DNA from: Cetorhinus maximus
Lineage: Eukaryota
Assembly (NCBI RefSeq): GCF_964194155.1
Contig: NC_135891.1
Location: 49,538,001 to 49,602,000 of the forward strand
DNA: 64,000 nucleotides
Direction: 5' to 3'
Shown here: one piece after another, positions 25,650-37,068 of the stretch
Position numbering within the stretch: the first letter of the stretch is position 1
Layout of the letters: each line of letters starts with the position of its first letter
Notes under the pieces: model-generated
What the model was told of the DNA's origin: nothing
The model's database searches: none
What the model saw: the letters and a program-made list of their open reading frames with translations, nothing else
Program-made: the position numbers and the translations under genes

Positions 25650-26432
25650 TGTCAGCCTTCTTTGCAGCATTGGAGCAACTTATATAACTCTTGGACCTTT
25701 AATGAGAAACAAGAGGAGTAGCAACTCCCAACACCAACTGCACTAGGAGCGGCAGCAACAGCAAGAGCCTCTACTTGCTGTCCAACCACATGCTGTTCCC
25801 CAGGACAGGGGTGATGAACACAGAGCTCCAGCTTGAAGGAGGTAATACTCCCCAGAGCACAAAGGCAGAGGATTAACTTCCTCAATGTGATGGAGCAACA
25901 ACATTTCAGGCTTTCACTGCAGATCATCGCAGAGATATGCAACCTCCTAGAACATCCTGCCTTCCAAGAGAGTGAAGTGGACACACATTGCCAGTGGCTG
26001 TTAAGGCCACAACAACCCTAAATTTATCTGCCTCCAACTGCTTTTATGAATCAGCTGCCCATAAATTATCTCCCAGGTAACCAATGGTACGTTTGCCAGG
26101 GTTGCCACTAATGTCCAGTTTGACATTGATGAGGTAAGTTAGACAGAGGGCTCTCACATGTGTTGCAGTGGCTGGATTCCCACAGGTATAGAAAGCAATT
26201 GGCTGCATGAATGTGGCAATGAAGGCACCCTCAGGTTAGCCTGAAGTATTTATCAATCCAAAGGTATTTCACTTGCTCAATATTCAGCTGGTATGTGACC
26301 ACTGGAAGGTTATCACGCACGTCTGTGCAAGATATCCTGGAAGGTGCCATGATTCTTTCATTTTGCACAGTCATACATCCCACATGTTTTGCAAATGCAC
26401 AGAGTGTCAGTGGGTGACTTCTTGGAGACCAG
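25650..26432 (+). pseudogene. HARBI1-like DDE transposase relic (outer element)
   Basis: FRLSLQIIAEICNLL, VAGFPQV, FHLLNIQLVCDHWKVITHVCARYPGRCHDSFIL, then LLGDQ at the insertion point. Confidence 0.9.
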
Positions 26433-27601
26433 GACCGGGATTTTCCATGCCCACGGCATCAGGCATGTTCGGTGACGTGAGCGGACAATGTGGTGTGATC
26501 GGTTTCACAACGGCATGAAACCAGTTTGCGATCAAGCTCTCAGCCCACCGATGGCAGGCCACCATCAGACATCGAGAACCTTTTTGTAATAAACCTGCAT
26601 ATCATTATGAAGCCAGCCCACTGGAATCATTCCCACTCCACTGGATCGTCTGTCCCACTGATGTGTTTCGCAACAGCACATAAAAGGTGTGCACTTTGAG
26701 AGGAACTCGAAGGTGAGTACACAGCAATGATGTGCACTGCTCACCAGGGTCACCTGTTGGACTTCAAGCTTGAGGAGAGTTGACAAGAGGGCGGGGGGCT
26801 AAGGGCTAGCCCTGCTGCTGAGGTGAATTGTGGTTGGCGGAGGGGGGTGGCAAGGGTTGCCTTGCAGTTGAGGCAACTTTGTGGGGGGTTTGGAGAGCTG
26901 TCTTGCAGTTGAGACGACTTGTTGGGGGGGGAGGCAAGGGCACCCTGGCCGTTGAATAGAGTGCACAAGCATTCGGGGTGAGGGTTAGGGTGGGCGAGGG
27001 AAGCAGCCACGTGGTAAGGAAACCTGTATAAAGTGACCATTCCTCTGCAGTTGAGACAGTTCAGGTGCAACCACATTGATTGGAGTTGGACTTCTAGCTT
27101 ATCTGCATCAAAGTGCCACCAAGTGCTCCGAAGCTTTTCACACCATCGGCACAGACTGCAAACTAATGAGCATTTTAATGGACTACAGAACAGTTAGAAA
27201 ACTGCACACATTGTACAATCTCCTCGCTAATGCTGGCCAAGCAGCAGTCACTGGTGGAGGCACACACAGCCCCTTGCAATGTCAGCATTCTGGTTTGGAC
27301 CTGTCTCTCCCATGGTTCAAGCCTTGAAATGCATGTTAGGAGAATGCCTGTACCTGATCTGAGAGCACAGCATGCAGTCCAATGGGCAAAGCTGCCGCCA
27401 ATCAGTCGGGTGGAGTGGGGCGGAGGTGGGTGGGGTCTCGGGCAGCTCTCCAGCGCACTAAACTCTAGCCATTCAAATGCTGGGCAGCACTCTCCGGGAA
27501 GCGTTAAAGGGCCTTCGCACTCAACCAGGACAGGTTCTTAGTGCACCCATGCTAACCACTTGTCTCTCTCTTTCATCCTGCAGGAGGAGTACATCAGGAT
27601 C

Positions 27602-28768
27602 ATGGAGCCTGGTGAACTAGCTGTATGCCTGAAAACCTACAGAGAGCGAAGACGACAGAGGAGAGAGTGACTGAGGCCCCTGGCTGCGCAGAGGTAGGAG
27701 CAGCAACCTCAGGAAGGGGACGGCTGAGGCTCTTCACATGCCACAGAAGAGCCACAGCGAGCTGTCGCTGGTTGGCACCCAGCGACACCCAAGGTCTATA
27801 GAAGCTGCCTTTCATTCCTGCAGATGACCGTGAACCAGTGTCGTCAAAGACTGCACATATCTAGGGAACTGGTCAGTCACATCTGCCAGCTACTGCAGGG
27901 TTTGGTGCCATGGGGGCTGCCAGTGATCATGAAGGTGACCACGGTGCTCAATTTCTATGCCAGTGGCCCCTTTCAGGGTTCCATGGGTGACCTCCGTGGG
28001 ATCTCACAAGCCTCCACCCACAAATGCATCCATGAGGTCATGGAAGCCATCTTTGCGAGGACACACAACTTTATGCATTTCACCTGGGACCAGGACAGCC
28101 AGGATGCAAGAGCAATTGGATTAGCCCAGATCTCAGGTTTCCCACAGGTGCAGGGTGTGATTGAATGCATTCATGCGGTGCTCAGATCTTCATTTTTAAC
28201 ACGTGGTGAACTATATCAACCGCAAGGGGTTCAACTCGCTGAATGTGCAGCTGGTGTGCAACCAACAGAAATGCATCCTGCAGGTGTGCGCACAGTTTCC
28301 AGGGAGTGGCATAGCTCCCATATCCTTAGTTGGTCACCGATCCCTGAAGTCTTCTAGGGTCCACAGAAGCTGCAGGGATGGCTCCTTGGGCACAAGGGCA
28401 GCCTCAGACTGCTGCAGAGCGACAGTATAATGAGGCTCACACTGCAAATCACAACTTGGTGGAGCAGACCATTGAGATGCTGAAGATGAGGTTCTGGTGC
28501 CTGGTCCAGCCTGGTGGAGCCCTACAATATAGTCCACAGAGGGTGTCACACATCCTCATTGTCTGCTCGCCCTTTATAACCTGGCACTGCAAAGGGGATA
28601 CAAGCTGGCTGAGGAGGAGCTACAGGAGCTGGAGGTTTCCGCTGAGAACGCCGACGGGCATAAGTATGAGGAGCTTTTCGAAGGCTATGATGACGGAGAT
28701 GAGGCAGGCACGCTCGGGAGGCCCTCATAGCTGCTAGATTTGTGGAAGATGATGACGACATGCAGTGA
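27602..28768 (+). pseudogene. HARBI1-like transposase, frameshifted
   Basis: [71 protein letters not shown]...VEQTIEMLKMRFWCL and an acidic C-terminus. Confidence 0.93.
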
Positions 28769-29469
28769 GGTGTCCCCATAGATCGTCACATAGCATCTGT
28801 GAACATTTGGCTCTAGTCAGGCATTTGACAGCGAGAATACCCTATGTGAGAATGCTCCTGTCATGGAGATGCAGTGGAGGCCCTAATAGCCGATTGTTTG
28901 CAGGAGCACGATGACGACCTGCAGTGAGGACTTTCCCTAGATCTTCACATAGCCTATGAGAATGCCTGACTCCTGTCTGGCCGAGGGCAGCTCGCTTACG
29001 CTCCATGATCAGGGTCATATCATAGAGACGCAGCCATGAAACTTTAGAAGCATCTGATCCTTTGTCCATCTTCAGCACCTGAGCCCTTCAGAAGCACAGC
29101 ATCGCTGGTCACAGATGCTGAAGAAATGGGGGCCAGCCCCATCTTGAAGATGCTAAGAGCACACAGAGAGAATGATGGAACACTGTGACACCTGCCCACT
29201 ACAATGGCAAGCACCATCGAGGTGCAGGCATCAGCAATGTGTCCAGGGAGTATGAGGCCAGACCATCACTTTGGTCTGAAGGCTGCGTAGAGCACAGGGA
29301 AGAGGCCCTGAACTGAGACATCTGCCTTTATCTTGTGCAGGAAGGCTTCACAGCTGAGTGACAAGAACACTGCTCATCAGAACAAGAAGCCACAGGCAGG
29401 GAGACATTCTTGGGAATTTATTGACAATAGTCAGCAGTATGTACAAGGGATAAACACCCGTGCCCAGGC

Positions 29470-30584
29470 TGTGCAATTAATTCTTCTTAACGTTCCTACA
29501 CCAGCCGCTTGGCCTTGGTGCTCCCAGGACATCACAGCGGAGGCGGAGGCAGCCTGCTGACTGCAACGCCCTGTCTGTGATGACCTTGACAGACATCCTG
29601 TTGAGGGCTGAGACCTGGAGAGCCCCAGCTTGCTTTCGGGGTCCTGCTGTGTGGCAGTGGCACCCTCCTCTGCCTGTGGAGTTGGAGCTGCTGAGGTCAC
29701 AGGAAGAGGGGATTCGGATGGGCTGGACACTACAGGAGTCACCTGGGTGGATGGCCCTGGGGTGTGCACCTGCTGATCCTCCTCCCTATGGGTGTCTGAG
29801 GGCCCGAGGTTGACTCCTTAAGGAGAAGGGGTAGCTGGAATGAGATCAAGCTGCCTGGTACCTCTCTCACGTACACACTGTTGGAGGCCAACTATGGCAT
29901 TAGCGATGGTGCTGTACTGCTGCACAGGTTGAACTCCAATGTCCTGGACCAAGGTCTCCATGGCGGCCGCCATCCTACCAGTGTTGACCTTGGTGCATTG
30001 CAATGCTGGCGCTATCACCTCAGAGTGAAGGCTGATGGACTCCTCCAGCATGCCTTGCAACCTGAGGAGTGCAGCGGGCATCCCTTCCTGATGTTCCCGA
30101 GCTTGCCTTTGCAGCTCCAGCGACTGTGACATCACCAAGTCCAGAGACTCATCTTCTGACATGGATGCAGCAAATATCTGGCCTCCAGCAGTCCTCAGAG
30201 TGCCGGACACCAGAGAAGTTCCTGCCACCGCCTGCTGTGGACCAGACAGCACAATGTGCTCAGCAGATTGTGATCCCGAGGCTATGCTAAAGCTAGGTCC
30301 CACCGAGGCATGTGCCGCTGCGCTGGTGGAGGGTGTGGGTGAGCGTTGTGACGGGACTTCAAGCAGGGTGCCTTCAGATTTCTCTTCAGAGGTTTCTTCA
30401 GAGCTTGATTGGAGGTCCTGGCGCTGACCATCGCTGCCACCTGCCTGGTTGGGTATGCCACTGCCCATCCCGCGGCCAGAGCAGGAGTAGATGACATCCC
30501 AGTGGGGATCCACGGCATCCAGAGGTATTCCATGATGCATCACTGAACCTGGGGGCTGCAGTCTTTTTGCCTTTCTTGGACATC
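29470..30584 (-). pseudogene. Harbinger Myb/SANT-domain gene, internally deleted and frameshifted
   Basis: MSKKGKKTAAPRFSDAS...QVAAMVSA joined directly to the Ser/Thr-rich and coiled-coil C-terminus (ELQRQAREHQEGM...RMAAAMETLVQ). Confidence 0.85.
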
Positions 30585-30964
30585 TTCCCTGCAGCAGTTG
30601 TGGGATAGGAGTGCTGAGATGTGTGGGCATGGCCGGACTGTAAATGTGGCGCCCGGCGTGGCGAAGCAGCGAGGTGATGGCGGGCAGGCGAATGAGAGCC
30701 CACGGCCAAGGAAACAGCTTGTTTCCTGGGAATGCATAAATAATATGGCGGGTTTGGAACAATACCACCTCAAAACCCGCCATTGCGGCCGGCGGGAAAA
30801 GCGTCATTTTACCCGCCTGCTACCACACTTAGTGCAAATGTGGGATGATTCCGCCCCAAGTCGAAACCGTGAGGACCTGATTGATGAGTTTGTGAGAAGC
30901 CATACTATGATACAGAGGAGAGGTACAACAAGAGCAGTAGTAAATAGTATGATAGTAAAGGCAA

Positions 30965-32512
30965 TTTTTTTTTTGATTCATTTATGGAATGTGGGCATCA
31001 CTGGCTGGGCCAGCATTTATTGCCCATCCCTAATTGCCCTTGAGAAGGTGGTAGTGAGCTACCTTCTTGAACAGCTGCAATCCCTGTGGTGTAGGTGCAC
31101 CCACAGTGCTATTAGGGAGGGAGTTCCAGGATTTTGACCCCACAACAGTGACGGAACGGCGATATATTTCCAAGTCAGGATGGTGAGTGGCTTGGAGGGG
31201 AACTTCCAGGTGGTGGTGTTCCCACCTATCTGCTGCCCTTGTCCTTCTAGGTTGTAGTGAGGAGTCTTGATGAATTTCTGCAGTGCATCTTGTAGATGGT
31301 GCACACTGCTGCCACTGTGCATAGGTGGTGGAGGGATTGAATGTTTGTGGATGGAGTGCCAATCAAGTGGGCTGCTTTGTCCTGGATGGTGTCAAGCTTG
31401 TTGGGTGTTGTTTTAGCTGCCCTCAACCAGGCAAGTGGAGAGTATTCCATTGCTGACTTGTGCACTGTAGATGGTGGACAGGTCTGCGGAGTCAGAAGGT
31501 GAGAATTCCCAGCCTCTGACCTGTTCTTGCAGCTACAGTATTTATATGGCTAGTCCACTAAAGTTTCTGGTCAACGGTAACCCCCAAGATATTGATAGTG
31601 GGAGATTCCATGATGGTAGTGCCATTGAATGTCAAGGTGTGACGGTTAGATTCTCTCTTGTTGGAGATGGTCATTACCTGGCACTTCTGTGGTGCGAATG
31701 TTACTTGCCACTTGTCAGACAAAGCCTGGATATTGTCCAGGTCTTGCTGCATTTGGACACGGATTGCTTCAGTATCTGAGGAGTCGTGAATGGTGCTAAC
31801 CATTGTGGAATCGTTAGTGAACACCCCCACTTCTGTCCTTATGATGGAAGGAAGGTCATTAATGAAGCAGCTGAAGATGGTTAGGCCTTTGATGCTACCC
31901 TGAGGAACTCCTGCAGTGATGTCCTGGAACTGCGATGATTGACTTCCAACAACCGCAACCATCTTCCTTTCTGCTAGGTATGATTCCAACCAGGAAGAGT
32001 TTTCCCCCGATTCCCATTGACTCCAGTTTTGCTAGGATGCCTTGATGCCACACTCGGTCAAATACCGCCTTGATGTCAAGGGCAGTCACTTTCACCTCAT
32101 CTCTGGAGTTCAGCTCTTTTGTCCATGTTTGAACCAAAGCTGTAATGAGGTTAGAAGCTCAGTGACCCTGGAGGAACCCAAACTGAGCGTCAGTCAGCAG
32201 GTTATCGCTAAGCACGTGCCGCTTGACAGGACTGTTGATGACCCCTTCTAGTATTTTACTGATGATCAAGAGTAGACTGATAGGGTGGTAATCAGTCAGA
32301 TTGGATTTGCCCTGCTTTTTGTGTACAGCGCATATCTGAACAATTTTCCACTTTGCCGGGTAGATGCCAGTGTTGTAGCTGTACTGGAATAGCTTGGCTA
32401 GGGGTACAATTGGAACACAAGTCTTCAGCACTATTGCCGGAATACTGTCGGGGCCCATAGCCTTTGCAGTATCCAGTGTCTTCAGCAAGTTTCTTGCTGT
32501 CACATGGAGTGA
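30965..32512 (-). mobile_element. CR1/L2-group LINE (second lineage), 5'-truncated RT plus 3' tail
   Basis: YHPISLLLIISKILEGVIN, AQFGF, TALDIKAVFDRVWHQG, AGVPQGS...FSCFINDLP, KSWNSLP. Poly-A appears as T run at 30965-30973. Confidence 0.93.
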
Positions 32513-33649
32513 ATTGGTCTCCCACCAAGGATGCGCATTGCCTCTGGAAACGCTGATAGAACTTCTCACATTGCCCATCCCACAAAGCATGGTGCGTACT
32601 TCACTTTGTGGCCACCTAGCGATATCTACTCCAGTACCCATGGAGATGGATGCTTCTGCACTATTGAAGGATGCACATGAGTCCTGTGACAGTGCTCTCT
32701 CTGATTGCACGTCCTTCTCTGAGGACTCATTGGTGGTCTGCTCCTGCTCCATCTACTACATCACCTTTGAAGGAACCCTGGGAGATGAAAGACATGCATT
32801 AAAACCAACAGGAAAATGTTCAAAGTCTACATTGTGCAGGTCTTGACATTTCTGTCAGTATCAACATCAACTGAGCATGAGGGACTGTTAGATGCCAAAG
32901 GGAAGTTTGAAATTTAATTCTCTCATTGGGTCTTTTGGACACCACTGTCTTTCTATTGCCTACATTCATTGCCTGTGCCACCATCCAATGCCACCTTCTC
33001 CATAGCAGTCAGGGCCACTCTGCCTCTCTGTGGAAATGTGCATTCTCTTCCCCTAAAATAAATGAAAGCAAGGAGTGGAATGTGTGTTGAGGACGGAATG
33101 AGAACATTTGAAGAGGGTGTCAGTGAGGGATAGGTGTGAGGTGACACTAAGATGAGAGAGTGTGAGTGAGTGTTTGGTATCCAGACTGGAATATAATGTT
33201 ATGCCTGGAGATAGAGGTGTGTTGGTCTGAGTCGTGCTGTGCTGGAGAATGCTGGGCAAGGCAGAGTGTGAGGCTTAGCACCTGAAAGTTTTATGCTACT
33301 TAGCTTCCATCATCTCCAGGGAAGAGTCATAAAACCGGGACTAACCTTCCCATATGTCACTTCCATCCTTCTTCCTGCAACCTTTAAAATAATCTTGGAT
33401 GCAGCCATTCTGACCCCTCCAGACTTCCCGTCACACATCCTTCCATCGACAGGTGTGGGCATTGATCATACCTGCACTCTGTGAATGGTTGGAAAACCAG
33501 GAAGCAGGATGCTACTGTTGCTGAGTTAAACAGCCATGCCAAAGCCCACTGCTGAAGCAAATGGGTATGAACAGATCAGTTCAAAGAGAATTCTCCCATT
33601 GTCTTAGCCTTCGCTACAAGCTTCATCTCCTTGCCTTCAAAACCCATAA

Positions 33650-33800
33650 AATAGGAAACATGGCAGCCAATTTGCACACAGCAAAGTCATGCAAACAGCA
33701 ATGAAATAAATTATTAGACCATCTGTATTAGGTGTTGGTTGAGGGTGAAATATACACACTGGGGATAATTACCCTGATCTTGTTTAAATAGTGCCTGTCC
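33650..33800 (-). mobile_element. Deu-domain-like SINE fragment
   Basis: taggaaacatggcagccaatttgcacacagc is the reverse complement of ~52505-52535. Confidence 0.65.
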
Positions 33801-34759
33801 CAACTTCCTGTGGTGAGGTTAATTTGTGACTACTGCGCACATGCAGCAATTTCAGCCAGGATTTGGTCTAAATTATTCATCATTACTTTAAAAGCCATGC
33901 ATTTTGTTACCTATCAATGAAGTTCTCTTGCAAGCTTAGCATGAGATTTGTTTTCTTTCATAACCATATGCCTTATGTTCAGCCGAAAATGAGTGCAGCA
34001 GCAGTGGAATAAACTGATGAAATCCCAAACCTGAAAAATAAAAGACCAGGTTTTATATGTACATATGATTAATGAATGCTAAGTGTCTGCAATTTCTAGA
34101 TTCTAGTTTAATTCAGCTTCTGCTGCAAAGTTTAGTCTCCTACAGTACAGCAGTGATGACACTTCAAAAGTGCTCAGCTGTGAAGTGTTTTGAGATATCC
34201 AGAGTCATGAAAGACTCTATAAAAATGCAAGCCTGTATTTCTTTCTTCTTGGCAAATAGCTAAACTAGACTAATTAGTCCAAGAAGTGCTATAAAAGATG
34301 TCACCACATGCAACACTACATTGTGTCATAGAATGGTGACATTTCGGTTTATGCTGGCAGCCTTTTAGGTGGTCAATCCGGATGCCCTCTATGTCAATGC
34401 AGGTCTCAAATGCAGTTGAACTATTGGCCACATGGATGGATGAATCATCGGAGGACAAGCATGGATGTATGCATTCCTGTTTATAAACTGGGAGCAGCCC
34501 ATTTGTTTAACTTCTTGGTTGGGGATCAGTGAGTAATTTAGGTAGAACCTAAGAAGGAGAATAGATATTTATTTTAAAGTAGGATAAAAATTAGCTACCC
34601 AATGATGGAACTGATTAACACTTGAGTAACTGAGTCATGAAGAATCAGAAGATCTGAAGTTTAACCTCTGTCTTTGCTGATCCAGTTAGTGATAAGGCAC
34701 TCAGCACTTCAAAGTCCACTCCTTCCTCCTCACCACAGAAGTATTTGAGTGTTTGAAGA

Positions 34760-35335
34760 TCACGACATTTAAACTGAAACCAACCTCATGGTTTGCCATG
34801 CGGCCATGATCTCTTCCTTCATGTACGGAGCTGAAACATGGACAGCGTACAGGAGGCACCTCAAAGCACTGGAGTCATGCCACCACCGCCACCTGCAGGA
34901 GATCTTAAATATTGAGTAGGAGGACAGATGCACTGTCAGGCCCCAAAGCAGGTGGTCTTCTCCCAGCTGAGTCAAGGCAGATGCACCAGAGGAGGACAGA
35001 AGAGGTCCTTCAAGGATGTGCTGAAAGCCAACATGAAGAAATGCAACACTGACATTAACTCCTGAGAGACCACCATCCTGGATGGAACCAGATGGCAGCA
35101 GAGTCTGTGGGAAGGATCCCAGTATTTTGAGACCCAACGATGACAAAATGAAAAGGAAAAGCAAGAGTGGCGAAAAGAATACACATGACCCGAACTAATA
35201 ATACACGACCAGGCATCCCACCTGGTGACAAATGCCCTACATGCCATAAAGGCTGCAGATGCCGGATCGACCTCATCAGCCATCTTCAGACCATGGAAGA
35301 CAATCGTCCTCACTAGCGAGGGATAGCCAATAATA
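34760..35335 (+). mobile_element. RTE-clade LINE 3' end
   Basis: MYGAETWTAYRRHLKALESCHHRHLQEIL, GGQKRSFKDVLKANMKKC and C-terminal CPTCHKGCRCRIDLISHLQTH. Confidence 0.88.
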
Positions 35336-35429
35336 TAGGGCGCTCAGATTATCTGAGTTTCTGTGCCTTACTGGTGGGGAAAATCAGCTGGGATTTTAAT
35401 TTCTGAGGGCTGTTCAGCTACTGAGTGCA

Positions 35430-35645
35430 AAGCCTGGATTTTACAGGCTGAAGGCAGTGCCTTAAGGCAGAAAGTGGCTCTTAATTGACCACTTAAGGGT
35501 TTCAATTTTCCTCAAGGCCAGAGGGCCTTTCACCACCTTCTGCGCCACTACTAAAATGCCAGCAGTGGAGGGAAGGCAATGGTCATGCCACCCCTTGCAT
35601 CCCACCTCCCAGCACGCTCCCTCAGACCCCATAAAATCCTGACCC
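35430..35645. mobile_element. Short degenerate Harbinger-type MITE
   Basis: Ends gcctggattttac ... ataaaatcctgaccc. Confidence 0.5.
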
Positions 35646-36874
35646 ACATGCACACTTTGGATGAGGACATGTTCAACAATGGTATCCTTTGGCCAAATAG
35701 CAAAAGGCATTCACGCCCTAAAATTCCAACTGAAGGAAGGCAGAGGTAGGGCAAACCAATTGCCCAGGGGGCAGGGTGAAGTGGATCCCGAGTCTGCAGG
35801 GATTCTGTCCACCTTGCATTCATAGGAACGTGAGAATTGATAGATCCAAGAAAGATTGAGGGCCATCTAATTTACCTTCTACTATTCTGGTAGCTGCATG
35901 ACGCAGTGATAATTGAGTTATTGACTAATCATAGCAATAAATCTCTATCAATTAATCAACGACAGATGACCAATAACTGGTTTGGAATGGGATAACATCA
36001 CATCTGATCAATTTTTTATCTTTGATTTTGGCCGCATAATGAATGTCTGTATTTAACCAACATTTCTGCCAGGATCTAATGAACTGGGCACAAGTCATTC
36101 TTAAAGGTGAAACAATTTAATTGGCATTCCTTTGAATATGTACAATCTGTTGGAGAAAACGATACAGGTGAGCATGGGGCTGTCATGGAAAACAGAAAAA
36201 TGAGGCAACATCAGAGAAAACCAGACTCTCCTTGGGCTCTGGGTGAAATTTTAATTATGGCGTGTTGTACCCAACGGCGATTCTAATTAAAATCTAAAGT
36301 GCTGATGACATGCATGGGAGACACATGCGATCACACAGTGGGAGAAGCTTTTCAGTGGTGAAAACCAGCTACAGCCATTGTCAGCTGACAGTAACAGGTG
36401 AGATACAAAAGAGTGTTCTAGTCAAACAGGGAGGCTTTGCATCATGGCCAAAAATTTCTTGCCCAACCCCATTGTCATTAACATAAGACTTATTGAGAGC
36501 ACAAAGGTGGCACGAGTGTTTTTCAGTATTACATTTCACGTGTAAATATTTCATATTACATTGGTTTCATTTTATTCATGTATGCAACATTGTTATTTGT
36601 TGAGACTAGCGTAGTCAGAGATCTAAAAGTACTGGTACGTCTCGTGGTTGGCACACACTGACAGTTACAGAGGAGTAGGGACATTTTTTTTATTGCTGAA
36701 GAAACAATGTTTTTTTTTTGCATTCAGTCTTTGTTGAATATTCTTGTTCGTGTCCAGTTCTGTACCTGCAGAACCTGCAGGCTTAGTCTTCTATACATTA
36801 TAAAGGACATTATCTGAGATCACTCACAGCAGGGGTAATTCAAATGATGCACTCAAAGCTCTATAAGAGCTTAT

Positions 36875-37068
36875 CTTAACCTATCCTAAGCTTCCCTTTT
36901 GTTCTACCCGATGCTCTCCCCTTTTCCAACAGCCTAAAGCCCATCACATTTCTACCTCTCTTCAGTTCTGAAGAAGTAATATTGAACTCGAAACGTGAAC
37001 TTTGTTTCTCTCTCCACAGATGCTGCCAGACCTGCTGAGTTTTTTTCAACATTTTCTGTTTTTATTTA
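36875..37068 (+). mobile_element. Penelope-like 3' region with hammerhead-like motif (36964-37001)
   Basis: agtt-CTGAAGA-agtaatattgaactc-GAAAC-GTG-aact followed by agatgctgccagacctgctgagt, as in 11180-11310. Confidence 0.8.

Larger units (their letters stand above)
26433..30856. mobile_element. Near full-length Harbinger element (~4.4 kb) inserted into the outer transposase
   Basis: Imperfect TIRs gaccgggattttcc / ggatgattccgccc. Flanks cag / caa. Convergent transposase (+) and Myb/SANT (-) genes. Confidence 0.85.
25150..33597. mobile_element. Old (outer) Harbinger element: transposase on +, Myb/SANT on -, split by a nested Harbinger and a LINE
   Basis: Approximate termini aggcacaattttaact and gagaattctccc. 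Transposase at 25650-26432 and 30857-30935. Myb-gene remnants on - at 32515-33360. Confidence 0.65.

Noticed and set aside
27824-28737. Domesticated HARBI1 gene
   Set aside because: Frameshifts, altered catalytic motif (GVIECIH), missing GDxGYP segment, and flanked by TIRs with a Myb partner, so it is a dead transposon.
29818-30807. 329-aa ORF as a novel host gene
   Set aside because: Lies within Harbinger TIRs, starts at a TTG in subterminal sequence, and is a deletion chimera of the Myb gene.
32159-32752. 197-aa ORF fusing Myb C-terminal sequence to LINE RT
   Set aside because: Chance in-frame junction at a LINE 5' truncation; no evidence of function.
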